A stretch of 64,000 bases of DNA from IMG/VR virus record IMGVR_UViG_3300019458_000025; one strand, given 5' to 3'. The position numbers and the translations under genes were made by a program. Within the stretch, counting starts at the first letter, position 1; every line of letters begins with the position of its first letter. The notes below the pieces were generated by a model that was not told where the DNA came from, ran no database searches, and was given only the letters and a program-made list of their open reading frames with translations. Origin of the DNA: an uncultured virus (IMG/VR IMGVR_UViG_3300019458_000025). Lineage: Duplodnaviria; Heunggongvirae; Uroviricota; Caudoviricetes. Shown piece after piece: positions 1 to 10,086 of the stretch.

Positions 1-366
1 ACCGGAGTCCAAGGCGTCACGGGCACGCAAGGCCAAACCGGGGTTCAGGGTCAGACCGGCGTCCAAGGCCAGACGGGAGTTCAAGGTCAAACCGGAGTCC
101 AAGGCCAGACGGGAGTCCAGGGCCAAACCGGAGTCCAAGGCCAAACGGGAGTCCAGGGTCAGACCGGAGTTCAAGGCGTTACGGGCACGCAAGGCCAGAC
201 AGGCGTTCAGGGTCAGACCGGCGTCCAAGGCCAGACGGGAGTTCAAGGTCAAACCGGAGTCCAAGGCCAGACGGGAGTCCAGGGCCAAACCGGAGTCCAA
301 GGCCAAACGGGAGTCCAGGGCCAGACGGGAGTCCAGGGTCAGACCGGTCTCCAGGGCGCAACCGGC
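1..366 (+). repeat. 18-bp coding tandem repeat (TGVQGQ unit)
   Basis: ACCGGAGTCCAAGGCCAG-like units with synonymous variation. Confidence 0.9.
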
Positions 367-783
367 GCTTCGTTCGGGACGCTCCCGCTTGACTCGATGG
401 AGTGGTCCGTCAACGGCACGCTCTCGACCGGATCGGATTTCGACGGTTTCCGCCAGGCATGCCGCTTCGGGAGCATCGTCTGTGTGTTCATGAGCCTCGG
501 CGATTCCGGTTCCGCGGGAACGACGATCGCGGACGTCAACCTGGGCACGGGACCTGCCGATCCCACAGTCCCGTACACGGTTCTCCCGCAGACGATCTAC
601 ACGACGCAGGCGAATCGGCCGATGCTCGCCGCCCTCTCGAACACGAACCGGAACGTGCAGGGAAACAACCCGAACATCGTTTCGTTCAAGCCTGGAGACA
701 TCCTGAGCATGGATATTGACCAGATCGGTACCGGCGCAGCGGACCTCGTCGTCTCGGTCCTCGTGCGCTACACCGGAAACTAG
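1..783 (+). CDS. Collagen-like (G-X-Y) repeat protein with C-terminal globular domain, 5'-truncated; possible virion fibre or surface protein
   Basis: Frame 1 is open from base 1: (TGVQGQ)n repeats continue into the 397..783 ORF. Confidence 0.85.
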   Translation, partial: TGVQGVTGTQGQTGVQGQTGVQGQTGVQGQTGVQGQTGVQGQTGVQGQTGVQGQTGVQGVTGTQGQTGVQGQTGVQGQTGVQGQTGVQGQTGVQGQTGVQGQTGVQGQTGVQGQTGLQGATGASFGTLPLDSMEWSVNGTLSTGSDFDGFRQACRFGSIVCVFMSLGDSGSAGTTIADVNLGTGPADPTVPYTVLPQTIYTTQANRPMLAALSNTNRNVQGNNPNIVSFKPGDILSMDIDQIGTGAADLVVSVLVRYTGN

Positions 784-859
784 ATTCCCGAAGGAGGAAC
801 GGCCTCAGTCGAGTACGCCGACAATGGCCTGGAAGAGGAACGAAGAGGAGAATGGCAGA

Positions 860-3800
860 ATGGCTACACTTGGTCTGGCGATGATCGTCCGGAACGAGGA
901 GAAGACCCTCGGGCGCTGCCTCCAGAGCGTCCATGGGTGCTTCGACGAGGTCGTCATCGTCGATACGGGATCGACCGACCGGACGAAAGAGATCGCCATG
1001 TCCTTCGGGGCGATGGTCTTCGACTTCCAGTGGATCGACGACTTCGCCGCGGCACGGAACTTCTCCTTCTCGAAGGTCAATTCCGACTACGTCATGTGGC
1101 TGGACGCCGACGACGTCCTCAAGCCCGAAGACCGCGACCGCCTCCAGACGCTCCGCTACAACCTGGGCCAGGCCGACGCCTATCTCATGCTCTACAACTA
1201 CGCCCAGGACGAGTACGGCCAATCGACCGGGAGCTTCTATCGGCACCGAATCCTCAGGAACTCCAAGGAAGCCAGATGGAAGTACCCCATCCACGAATGC
1301 CTGATCTTCCCGCACCAGACCTGGAAGGAGGCGATGACCAACGTCGTGGTCACGCACATGAGGTCCGAGGCCGAACTCGTCCAGGACCATGGACGGAACC
1401 TCAAGCTCCTCCGGAAGGCGGCCGAGCAGTACCCCGACGATCAGCGGATGAAGTTCTATTTCGCCAAGGAACTGATCAACGACGGGAAGGCGGAGGAAGC
1501 CGTAAAGATCTTCGAGGAGTACCTCCAGAAGGGCGACTGGCACGAAAACCGCGTGAACGCGCTCCTCTTCCTCGCCATCGGCTACTGGAAGCTCGGCAAG
1601 GAAGACAAGGCGATCGAGACGTGCCTCAAGGGCATTCATTTCGACCCTCGTTGGGCCGAATACTACTGCACGATCGGGCAGATCTACTACAACCGCGGAG
1701 ACTGGCCGAAGGCCGCCCAATGGTTCGAGATGGCGGCGCTCTGCAAGCTCCCCGAATCGTGGGGTCTGACGCTCCGGGACAACTACACCTGGGTGCCGCA
1801 CGACCGGCTCTGCAAGTGCTACGCGGAGATGAAGGATTTCCGCCGCGCGTGCGCGGAGAACGAGAAAGCGCTCAAGTTCAGGCCGAACGATTCCCGGATG
1901 CTCTTCAACCGGGAGTACCTCAGGGATACGTTGTTTCCCGGGCGCCTGGCCGAGCGGCCCATCCGCCTCAGCTTGGGAGGAGGGGCAAAACCCGTCCAAA
2001 GCTACCGGAACTGCGACCTCTTCCCCGGGCAGGGGATCGAGGAAGCGTTCGACCAGTGCGAGATCCCGTACCGGGATGGGGTCGTCCACGCGATCTATAG
2101 CGAACACTCGCTGGAGCATGCTCCGAGCCACGAAGCCTCCCGCGCCACGATCGCGGAATGGGCCCGCGTACTCCGCCACAACGGGACGCTCACGCTCAAG
2201 GTTCCGGATCTCGATCTCTGCTGCGAGGCGTTCCTTCGCGAAGAGGACCGGGAAGCACGGGACGGAGAGACCTGGAGTCCGAAGGACTGGTATCGCTACA
2301 CCATCTACGGCATCCAGAAGCCTCAAGGCTCCGAACCGGCCGAAGGGCAATACCACCGGACCGGGTTCACGAAGAGCGAACTGCGTCGGCTGCTCTCCAA
2401 GAACGGATTCGAGATCCGGAACCTCAGGAACTACGACGGGTGGGGGACGCCCTCGATCGAGGTGCAGGCGGTCCGCAAGGGCGCTCCCATCAAGGTCCGT
2501 TGGCTCTTCTCGACGATCAACGAGGACGATCCTTCGTGCCGCATCCGGCGGATGAACGTCCACCGGTGGCTCAAGACCCAGGGCGTGGACAGCGTCGCCG
2601 TCACCGAGTACCGGGAAAAAGTGAAGAACGACGCGGGAATCGCCGCGCTGGTCCGGGAACTGAAGGACGCGGACGTCGTCGTCATGTGCCATTTCGGCGA
2701 GGGAGAGGCCAAGCTCATCGAGCGCCTTCGTCGCTGCGGCGTCTCCGTCGTCATGGACGGCTGCGAGGATCTGGACGGCTACGACTACCAGCGCGAATGC
2801 TTCCAGGCCGTGAGCGTCGTCGAGTGCTGCTCGACCGTCCTCGCCAAGAAGTTCGAGAAGTACGGCCGGACGCGGGTCATCCCGGACGCCTACGAGCTAC
2901 CGGCCGAACAGACCGGCCACAGCTACGAGGCCCACGGAAAGGACGGGAAGATCCGGGTGGTCTGGTGCGGGATGGGGGGGAACGCCGTTAATCTCGATCC
3001 GCTCCGTCCGATCATCCAGGAACTCGGGATGGAACTGGCCGTCATCTCCGAGTGGGACAACGCCGACATCAAGTGGAACCGGAAGACGTGGCTCAGGGAC
3101 CTCTCGAACGCCGACATCGTCCTCGCGCCCCAGCGTCCGTGGCTCCAGCCAGCCAAATCGAACAACAAGGTCACCCAGGCCCAGGCCCTCGGGATGCCGG
3201 TCGTCGCGTCTCCGCTTCAGGCGTACCGGGAGGCGATCGACCACGGGAAGACCGGTTTCATATGCGAGACCGTCGAGGACTGGAAGACCTACCTCACGAT
3301 GCTCCGCGACGACGCCTCGCTCCGGGAGAGGATCGGGCGCGCGGCCCAGGTCGAAGTCCGGAAAAAGTACGCGATCGACGTCATCGGGGCGCAATGGATC
3401 GAGCTTCTGGAATCGCTCTGCGAGGAAAACTGCGCGCCTCCCAAGGTGGATATCATCGTCCCGACCTACAACAACCTGAAGTACCTCAAGGAATGCGTCG
3501 CGTCCATCCGCAAGAACACCGACTGGCCGTACAACATCATCGTCGTCAATTCCGGCACCGACGAAACCGCAAAGTGGCTCCAGCGGCAGCCCGACGTCAT
3601 CTACTACAATTCCCCAGAGCGGCTCCATTTCTCGGAGGCCAACAATGTTGGCCTCCAGATCTCCAAAGAGCGCTACGTGTGCCTCTTGAACGACGACACG
3701 ATCGTCGGGAAGCACTGGCTCTCGGCGCTCATGCACGAGGCGATGAAGCCCGGCGTGGGCGCCGTGGGTCCCTTCTCGAACTGCGACCGCGGATGGCTCC

Positions 3801-5296
3801 ACGACGAGGCCGTGGTCGTCGGCGGCGTCAGTCTCGTTCCCGGGATGACGCTTGAAGATGTTGCCAGCGTCAAGGACAAGATCCAGGACTACGCCCACCC
3901 GAAATCCGTGCGCGAGCGGGATTGGGTGGCTTTCTACTGCACGCTCATCCCGAGGGAAGTCGTCGAGAAGGTCGGCATCCTCGACCAGGGGTTCAAGAGC
4001 GGCTGCGAGGATCTCGACTACTGCAAGCGGATCAAGACCCAGGGGTACCGGGTCGTCCAGACCTACGACTCCTGGGTCTTCCATTTCGGCGGCAAGACCC
4101 GGAAGAACACCGAGATCTCGGACTTCGTCCAGCACCACGAGGAGGATCGCGCGAACCACGCGCTCCTCAAGGCGAAGTACGAAAAGCCGATCTTCGTCCT
4201 CTACACGGGTCCCGCGTGGGAGCAGTGGAGCCCGAAGAGCGTGAACGAAGGAGGGATCGGGGGAAGCGAGACCTGCGCCGTCTACGTCGCCCGGGAATTC
4301 GCGAAGCGCGGCTACCGTTCGGTGGTCTTCTCCGACTGCGCCGGGCTCGAAGGCGAGTACGACGGCGTGGTCTACCAGGACTACCGGAAGTTCCAGGACT
4401 TCATCTCGCAGAACTACGCGGAGATCTTCGTGTCCTCCCGGATCGCCGGGGTTTTCGGGCTCCCGATCCGGGCCGGATACAAGATCTGCTGGGTCCACGA
4501 CATCTGGCTTTCGCAGGACCAGAACGCGGAGATCCACAAGAACCGCGTGGACAAGTTCTACGTGCTCTCGCCGTGGCACCTCGACTTCTTCTCGCGCCAT
4601 CACCGGGTCGGACGGGAGAAACTCCATGTGACGCGGGACGGGGTCGATCTCGACCGGTTCCGTGAGAAGCCGCCTCGGGAGAAGGGGCGGCTCATCTACT
4701 CCAGTTCCCCGGACCGCGGGCTCGACACGCTGCTTGAGGTCTTCCCGAGGATCAGGGCCGAGATCCCCGAGGCGTCGCTCCACGTCTTCTACGGGTTCGC
4801 CAACTGGGAGAAGGCGATCCGCGCTAGGAACGACCAGGGCCAGTTGGCCTGGATGGAGCGCTTGAAGGGCGCGCTCCAACAGCCGGGCGTCGTCTACCAC
4901 GACCGGGTTGGCCAGGCCCGGCTTGCCCAGGAGTTCCTGAAGTCGGAACTCTGGGCCTATCCGACCTGGTTCACCGAGACGTTCTGCATCACCGCGGCCG
5001 AAGCCATGGCCGCAGGGCTCCCGATCATCACGACGGATCTGGCGGCCCTTTCGACGACGGTCGGCGATACCGGCATCCTCCTCCCGGGGGATTGCCGATC
5101 GAAGGAATACAAGGACCGCTTCGTGGCCGAATGCGTCCTGATGCTCAAGGACCCGGATCGCTGGAAGGAATACTCGGAAAGGAGCCTCGCGCGCGTCAAG
5201 GAGTTCTCCTGGTCCACGTTCGCCGACGAATGGCTCCAGGCGATCGAGCAGGACAAGAAGCGCAAATCCCCCGGTAAGCTCGTGGAGGTCGCATGA
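860..5296 (+). CDS. Multi-domain glycosyltransferase (GT2-TPR, SAM methyltransferase, GT-B, GT2, GT-B)
   Basis: MIVRNEE..VDTGSTD..WLDADD, TPR-like helices, EHSLEH..LKVPD, IIVPTYN..LLNDD, SSPDRGL..ETFCITAAEAMAAG; GAGGAG RBS before ATG 860. Confidence 0.9.
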   Translation: MATLGLAMIVRNEEKTLGRCLQSVHGCFDEVVIVDTGSTDRTKEIAMSFGAMVFDFQWIDDFAAARNFSFSKVNSDYVMWLDADDVLKPEDRDRLQTLRYNLGQADAYLMLYNYAQDEYGQSTGSFYRHRILRNSKEARWKYPIHECLIFPHQTWKEAMTNVVVTHMRSEAELVQDHGRNLKLLRKAAEQYPDDQRMKFYFAKELINDGKAEEAVKIFEEYLQKGDWHENRVNALLFLAIGYWKLGKEDKAIETCLKGIHFDPRWAEYYCTIGQIYYNRGDWPKAAQWFEMAALCKLPESWGLTLRDNYTWVPHDRLCKCYAEMKDFRRACAENEKALKFRPNDSRMLFNREYLRDTLFPGRLAERPIRLSLGGGAKPVQSYRNCDLFPGQGIEEAFDQCEIPYRDGVVHAIYSEHSLEHAPSHEASRATIAEWARVLRHNGTLTLKVPDLDLCCEAFLREEDREARDGETWSPKDWYRYTIYGIQKPQGSEPAEGQYHRTGFTKSELRRLLSKNGFEIRNLRNYDGWGTPSIEVQAVRKGAPIKVRWLFSTINEDDPSCRIRRMNVHRWLKTQGVDSVAVTEYREKVKNDAGIAALVRELKDADVVVMCHFGEGEAKLIERLRRCGVSVVMDGCEDLDGYDYQRECFQAVSVVECCSTVLAKKFEKYGRTRVIPDAYELPAEQTGHSYEAHGKDGKIRVVWCGMGGNAVNLDPLRPIIQELGMELAVISEWDNADIKWNRKTWLRDLSNADIVLAPQRPWLQPAKSNNKVTQAQALGMPVVASPLQAYREAIDHGKTGFICETVEDWKTYLTMLRDDASLRERIGRAAQVEVRKKYAIDVIGAQWIELLESLCEENCAPPKVDIIVPTYNNLKYLKECVASIRKNTDWPYNIIVVNSGTDETAKWLQRQPDVIYYNSPERLHFSEANNVGLQISKERYVCLLNDDTIVGKHWLSALMHEAMKPGVGAVGPFSNCDRGWLHDEAVVVGGVSLVPGMTLEDVASVKDKIQDYAHPKSVRERDWVAFYCTLIPREVVEKVGILDQGFKSGCEDLDYCKRIKTQGYRVVQTYDSWVFHFGGKTRKNTEISDFVQHHEEDRANHALLKAKYEKPIFVLYTGPAWEQWSPKSVNEGGIGGSETCAVYVAREFAKRGYRSVVFSDCAGLEGEYDGVVYQDYRKFQDFISQNYAEIFVSSRIAGVFGLPIRAGYKICWVHDIWLSQDQNAEIHKNRVDKFYVLSPWHLDFFSRHHRVGREKLHVTRDGVDLDRFREKPPREKGRLIYSSSPDRGLDTLLEVFPRIRAEIPEASLHVFYGFANWEKAIRARNDQGQLAWMERLKGALQQPGVVYHDRVGQARLAQEFLKSELWAYPTWFTETFCITAAEAMAAGLPIITTDLAALSTTVGDTGILLPGDCRSKEYKDRFVAECVLMLKDPDRWKEYSERSLARVKEFSWSTFADEWLQAIEQDKKRKSPGKLVEVA

Positions 5297-5499
5297 ACCT
5301 GACGGAAACGGAATTCGTCCTGCTCGACCGGGAATACAAGGACATGGAGCAGAAGTACATGGATTGGAAGACCGCCTGGATTCTCCACAACTCCGGCAAG
5401 AAGCGCCTGCAACCGGCCGAGATGAACGGCATCACGGACGCCTACCAGAAGGCGCTTGCGAAGTTTCGGCGGCACGTCCGGGATATCGACATCGTCTAG
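5293..5499 (+). CDS. Hypothetical protein
   Basis: ATGA overlap with upstream gene, GGAGG RBS. Confidence 0.7.
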   Translation: MNLTETEFVLLDREYKDMEQKYMDWKTAWILHNSGKKRLQPAEMNGITDAYQKALAKFRRHVRDIDIV

Positions 5500-5508
5500 G
5501 AGATCGCC

Positions 5509-5721
5509 ATGACGCCCCAGGAACTCCATTCCGTCAAGACCAAGCTGATCGCGCTCAGGTCCGGGTGGCTCGTCTACGACAAGAACCAGCGGGCGCTCGA
5601 CGCGAGGAAGCCCGCGCGACCCGAGAATCTCGTCCTCGGGGTCAAGCAGACGAAGGAGAAGGCGCGCGCACTCATGGTCGATTTCAAGGCGCTCGTGGCA
5701 TCGCTCAACGACCGGGATTAG
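5509..5721 (+). CDS. Hypothetical protein
   Basis: AGGAG RBS, operonic spacing. Confidence 0.7.
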   Translation: MTPQELHSVKTKLIALRSGWLVYDKNQRALDARKPARPENLVLGVKQTKEKARALMVDFKALVASLNDRD

Positions 5722-5736
5722 CGAAAGGAGCCTATC

Positions 5737-5916
5737 ATGGCCAAGCTGCTCGTCATCAACCCGGCGAAGAGGCGGGGACTCCGCGGCAATCCGCGCCTCC
5801 TCGTCATCAACCGCAAGAAGCCGGGTCTGGGGCTCGTCGTAAGCCTGCTCGTCACCGGAGGCATCGCCGTATGGGGCGCCATCGAAAGCCTGCGGAAGGG
5901 GTCTCCGGGAGCCTGA
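5737..5916 (+). CDS. Small basic membrane protein with duplicated LLVIN motif (not in ORF track)
   Basis: AAGGAG RBS; MAKLLVINPAKRRGLRGNPRLLVINRKKPGLGLVVSLLVTGGIAVW... Confidence 0.65.
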   Translation: MAKLLVINPAKRRGLRGNPRLLVINRKKPGLGLVVSLLVTGGIAVWGAIESLRKGSPGA

Positions 5917-5942
5917 CCCTGAACCCATAGGGAGGACAAGCC

Positions 5943-6455
5943 ATGGTGACGCTCATCGGGGTTCCGCGCGAGGACACCTGGTTCATCTCCGCGGACGGCC
6001 TCGCCCAGGGGGCCGCCGGGATCGTGGACCTCTTCAACGCCGCGGGCAGCGGGAAGACGATCAAGATCATGCACGCCTCGGTGCGCGCCGTCCAGGCGGC
6101 CGTGGGCGCCGAGAACATCCCGCGCATATTCCGAACCGTGGCCGTAGGCACGGGCGGAAGCGTGATCGCCCCGGTAAAGGCGGTCACCTCTCAAGCGGCG
6201 CTTCCCGCCCAGGTGACGGCGCGCACCGGACCCACCGCCGGAGCGACGATATCCGGCATCCAGTTGGGTTCCGGGTACATCGCTTCCCGATCGGCGACGG
6301 GCGCGACCGGGAGCCCGGAGGACAACGCTGTGATCTACGACTTCAAGCCGATGAGCGAAATGACTCCGCTCACGCTCGTGACCGGTGAAGGCATGGTGAT
6401 CAGCGGTACCGGTTCCGGAACGTGGGATTTCACGATCGTCTTCACGATCAAGTGA
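5943..6455 (+). CDS. Hypothetical Ala/Gly/Thr-rich protein, possibly structural
   Basis: GGAGG RBS; beta-strand-like composition. Confidence 0.7.
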   Translation: MVTLIGVPREDTWFISADGLAQGAAGIVDLFNAAGSGKTIKIMHASVRAVQAAVGAENIPRIFRTVAVGTGGSVIAPVKAVTSQAALPAQVTARTGPTAGATISGIQLGSGYIASRSATGATGSPEDNAVIYDFKPMSEMTPLTLVTGEGMVISGTGSGTWDFTIVFTIK

Positions 6456-6459
6456 CCTC

Positions 6460-6855
6460 GTGTACGAGAAATTGAAAAACCCGAGACTCATCGGCTACCG
6501 GCAGGTGGTGGCGTTCGAGCCCACCGAACACGGTCCGGTGGATGGTCTGGGCCAACTCATCCCGGAATCGGTCGTGGAGCAGATCGCCGACAAGCTGGTC
6601 GCAAAGGCGGACCCGCGGGTCCGGCAGATCCTGGCCGAGGAGAAGGTGAAGCTCGCCGAAGGGCTCAAGAAAAGCCTTCCTTTCGCCGGGATCTCGGTCA
6701 CGAGCTTCCTTTTGACGCTCTTCCTGGTCCCCGACGAGAAGAAGATCCTGAAACTTCTAGGATTTGGCGTTGCATCGGGATCGTTCCTGACCGGCCTCTA
6801 CTTCTTTGCCGACAAGATGGCGGAACTCAGCCGTGCGTCCGTCGAACGAAGGTAG
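6460..6855 (+). CDS. Hypothetical protein with two C-terminal TM helices
   Basis: Two hydrophobic segments. Confidence 0.7.
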   Translation: MYEKLKNPRLIGYRQVVAFEPTEHGPVDGLGQLIPESVVEQIADKLVAKADPRVRQILAEEKVKLAEGLKKSLPFAGISVTSFLLTLFLVPDEKKILKLLGFGVASGSFLTGLYFFADKMAELSRASVERR

Positions 6856-6901
6856 CGAGCGCGGAGAAGTCCGCGCCATTCCCTTTCTCCTCTTCCAGGC
6901 T

Positions 6902-6937
6902 GGAAGGGGGCGGGGTTCGTATGACCCGCCCCCTTCC
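6902..6937. terminator. GC-rich hairpin between convergent genes
   Basis: GGAAGGGGGCGGG / CCCGCCCCCTTCC. Confidence 0.6.
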
Positions 6938-7002
6938 GCCGCTTGTAATCTGGGGTGTGGAGAAGAGGTTGCCCGGATCTCCCGTGCCCCGAGGACGCGC
7001 CT

Positions 7003-7272
7003 CTAGGATGGCTTCCGTTTGGCGGACCGCGACCGGGCGCTCTTCAGCTTCTCGCCGCGCTTCCCGATCCCGATGACGACGTCCTCCCCGAAGAGGAAGT
7101 GCGTCCAGGTGATCGCTTCCTCGTCGCCGTTGTCGAAGGTGTAGGGCTCCGGATCGGCCTCGACCTTCTTCACGAACTCGGAGAGGGCCGCATCCCTGAT
7201 CCTCGGGAAGTACTTCCCCAGGACGACCGGGACCAGGGCCTTCAGGATCGTCGCGATCTCGTTCACGTTCAT
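7003..7272 (-). CDS. Hypothetical protein
   Basis: RBS and overlap with upstream ORF. Confidence 0.65.
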   Translation of the reverse strand: MNVNEIATILKALVPVVLGKYFPRIRDAALSEFVKKVEADPEPYTFDNGDEEAITWTHFLFGEDVVIGIGKRGEKLKSARSRSAKRKPS

Positions 7273-7466
7273 GGGCTTCTCCCCTTCCCCTTAGATCCCT
7301 TTTCCATCATGTGCGAACGACCGGCCCGGCAATTCGCCTCGACGATCTCGAAGAGCCGACGCTCAAGCCAGCAGGTCTCGCAGTAGGAGCCGACCGGCTT
7401 TTCGCAGAGGCGGCATTGGTATTCCCGGACGTTCCCGGGGTCTGTATTGCATATCTGGCAAGTCAT
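7269..7466 (-). CDS. Small Cys-rich (CxxC) zinc-binding protein
   Basis: CQIC, CRLC, CETC. Confidence 0.6.
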   Translation of the reverse strand: MTCQICNTDPGNVREYQCRLCEKPVGSYCETCWLERRLFEIVEANCRAGRSHMMEKGSKGKGRSP

Positions 7467-7816
7467 AGGTTATGCCCCCGCGGCCATAAAAAAAACGGGC
7501 GCACGGAGGAGAAGAGGCGGGAGATCTCATTCTGTCCAATGCGCGCCCGTTCCGGTGACTCACGGAGGAGTCACCGGATTCCAGGATACCAGATCCCGGG
7601 TCCGGAACCCAGGAGATCCTAGAGCATTCTCAGAAGTTAACGATTGTGCTTGACATGGAGGCCCATTATGGGATAGATTCACGGCATGGAGATTGCTGGG
7701 GAGGCATAGCCAGGGCCGGTGTAGGGCGGCCCAAAGCTCTGTTTCCCCCTCTCTCCAGGGCCAAGCCGCCTTTGACAGGTTAACCCCTCGAAGCGGTGGC
7801 TTGGCTCCTTTTATTT

Positions 7817-8389
7817 CTAGAGCAATTCTTCTTCCTCGGCGTCGAAACAGGTGTCGTCGCCGAGGAAGTCGTCGGGGACTTCGCTGGCCGCGACCGGCCG
7901 CGCGGTCTTGAGCCCGAGACGGCTTTCTATCCTCTCCAGGGCCAGGTTTGCCGCCTTGATGAGCCGCACGTAACGCTCCCGCCGGACAAAAAGCTCCTCG
8001 CGCGAGACGCCCCTCCTTTCCCAGATCGGCGCCTTCACCCCCTTGGGCCGAGCGGGTACTTTGGGAACCGGTTCGGGCGGCTTTGGGCTGCCGTTGCCGT
8101 TCGCGTGCCCGTTCCCGTTGCCGTTCGAGGGCGCACTTCGCAGCACCGGCTTTACGCTGCGCGATCCGCGACGACAGTCCTTGCATTGGCTCTGGCGTCC
8201 GTCCAGGCGCGCACGGTTGCGGTCGAAGCATTCGATGTCCAGCCTCCGTTCGCACCCGGGGCACAGCTTCGTTTCTGCCCCCGGGTGCGCTTCAACCGTG
8301 CTCGGTCGGTCAGCCCTGACCATTTTCCCCTCTTCTTGCGCGGGCCGTCCCCCAGGACGACCCTCCTCCAGAGCCAGGCTAGGGATCAC
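7817..8389 (-). CDS. Hypothetical protein with zinc-ribbon motif
   Basis: CPGC..F....DGRQSQCKDC. Confidence 0.6.
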   Translation of the reverse strand: MIPSLALEEGRPGGRPAQEEGKMVRADRPSTVEAHPGAETKLCPGCERRLDIECFDRNRARLDGRQSQCKDCRRGSRSVKPVLRSAPSNGNGNGHANGNGSPKPPEPVPKVPARPKGVKAPIWERRGVSREELFVRRERYVRLIKAANLALERIESRLGLKTARPVAASEVPDDFLGDDTCFDAEEEELL

Positions 8390-8886
8390 CCTCGTATGGC
8401 CTCGTAGATGAACTCGTCTTCCTCAGGATCGTACCAGCACCGTTCGATGACGCGGAGGGCGCCGACCTCTCGGACCCATTCGCCTTGAAGTTCGAGAACC
8501 GGTTCAAAGCCCGTGAGCCCGAACGGCTCGATGCGCCGCATCCGGCGTTCCCGCTCGATCGCTTCCTTGAGACCCAGTTCCATGATCTGGCGATCGCTGA
8601 TCAGCATGGACGGATCGAGGGGGTTTTCGGTTTCGATGCGCGCCATGAAGCGCTCGTATTGCGGGCCCTTGGCGAAGAGGAAGTCCTCGATGATCTCCAG
8701 GCTATGCTCGTTTGTGAGGTCCCAGATTTGGAACCCGAAGAGGCCGCCTTCGTCGATGGCCCGAATCCAGCCGTCCGCGGTCATATCGCGGATGGAGCGA
8801 TATCCCTTCGAGATTGCGAAGGGCTGATGCATGAAGAGCGAAACGTCGTGAACTTCGCCGGTCGGTGAGATCCAGTATCCCGCCAT
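8386..8886 (-). CDS. Hypothetical acidic protein
   Basis: Clean ORF, GYWISPTGEV start. Confidence 0.7.
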   Translation of the reverse strand: MAGYWISPTGEVHDVSLFMHQPFAISKGYRSIRDMTADGWIRAIDEGGLFGFQIWDLTNEHSLEIIEDFLFAKGPQYERFMARIETENPLDPSMLISDRQIMELGLKEAIERERRMRRIEPFGLTGFEPVLELQGEWVREVGALRVIERCWYDPEEDEFIYEAIRG

Positions 8887-9209
8887 TCGATCGCCTTCGC
8901 TCGGCTCCGAGGACCGCTACGTACAGGACGCTCCAGATCCGGACGGTCCGTCGAAGGCGGGAGGATGTCCCTTGGATTCGAGACCCTTGATGAGGACCGG
9001 CGAAGATAGGCCCGGTCTAGGACAAAGACCGTTCTTGGCCGAAGGGACTACCAGCCGGTCTACCGGAATCCAGAAGAACATCGCTCTCTCCCGCCTGCGC
9101 TGGATGACCAGGCAAATTGTAGCCCGGTATCCCATGGAGTCAAGCGCTTTCGTGGGCCACATTCAAACGGCGGGAAGCCCTGGAACGCGGTCCCCGCCGA
9201 TGGTATCTT

Positions 9210-10085
9210 ATGGTGATGCCGCGCTATATGGGGGCGGTCTTCCGGAGCCCTCGGACTGCGCGCCTGGAGCGCGATTACCGGGACATGGTCGCGCTCAGGA
9301 ACGACTCGACGATCCTGGACTTCGAGACGCGGGGTGATCCTCCCGAGGAATATCAGATCACCTTCCACGGGAAGACGCTGGTCAAGAACGGCGCCGTACG
9401 GATCGCCGACGTGCAGAAGCTCGCTCTCCGGCTCGGTGCCCAGTACCCCCTTCTCCGGCCGGATGTCCGCTGGATCACCCCCATCCACCATCCGAACATC
9501 TTTACCGGGACCGTCTGCCTGGGGCGCTTCTCCCAGGAATGGACCCCCGTGGTGAAGCTCGCGGATTTCGTCGAGATCCTGTGGGACATGGCGCGGCTTT
9601 CGATCCTGAACCCGCATAGCGCCGGTCCCGGCGCCGCGAAGGAGGATAAGTACTGGGCCGACCTCGACCGACAGTTCGGATTTCCCGTGGACAAGCGTCC
9701 CCTGCGGGACAAAGTGCTCCGGAGGGACGAGGGTTCGTCGATCCTTCGGCCGGAGGGCGCCCAGGACGACATCGTCATCATCGACGACGCGCCCGGCGTC
9801 TGCGGGCTTTCCGGATTGGAGGACGGAACGCCGCACTCATCGTACGCCTGGGAGACCACACCCGAAGATGTCCAGAACGTCCTCCGAGCCCACGGCATAC
9901 CGGTCGCCTATGACGAAGCCGAAAGAATCTCCTATGACCTCGACGATGAGGCCATCGCGAAGGCCGCGCTCTGGTATACGGAGATGGACGACCAGGCGGA
10001 TTCGGTGTACGACGAGATCGAGGACCAATTGAAGGAACTCGGCATGATCCCGGAGGGCTCGCCCAAGCGGTGGAGTGCGCCCTAG
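9210..10085 (+). CDS. Ubiquitin-conjugating enzyme E2 (UBC)-like domain plus acidic C-terminal domain ending in KRW motif
   Basis: YP..RPDVRWITPIHHPNIFTGTVCLG..WTP: HPN motif and catalytic Cys. Confidence 0.85.
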   Translation: MVMPRYMGAVFRSPRTARLERDYRDMVALRNDSTILDFETRGDPPEEYQITFHGKTLVKNGAVRIADVQKLALRLGAQYPLLRPDVRWITPIHHPNIFTGTVCLGRFSQEWTPVVKLADFVEILWDMARLSILNPHSAGPGAAKEDKYWADLDRQFGFPVDKRPLRDKVLRRDEGSSILRPEGAQDDIVIIDDAPGVCGLSGLEDGTPHSSYAWETTPEDVQNVLRAHGIPVAYDEAERISYDLDDEAIAKAALWYTEMDDQADSVYDEIEDQLKELGMIPEGSPKRWSAP

Positions 10086-10086
10086 C

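Noticed and set aside
686..4900. Long minus-strand ORFs (686..2692, 2897..4900; likewise 10696..12513 and 22289..24205, and plus-strand 16720..18564)
   Set aside because: Antisense shadows of high-GC3 genes, with no motifs or RBS.
7741..7960. Short duplicated segment CTCTCCAGGGCCA..GCCGCCTT at about 7750 and 7932
   Set aside because: Only two short imperfect copies; no supportable function (no RT or TR/VR pattern for a DGR).
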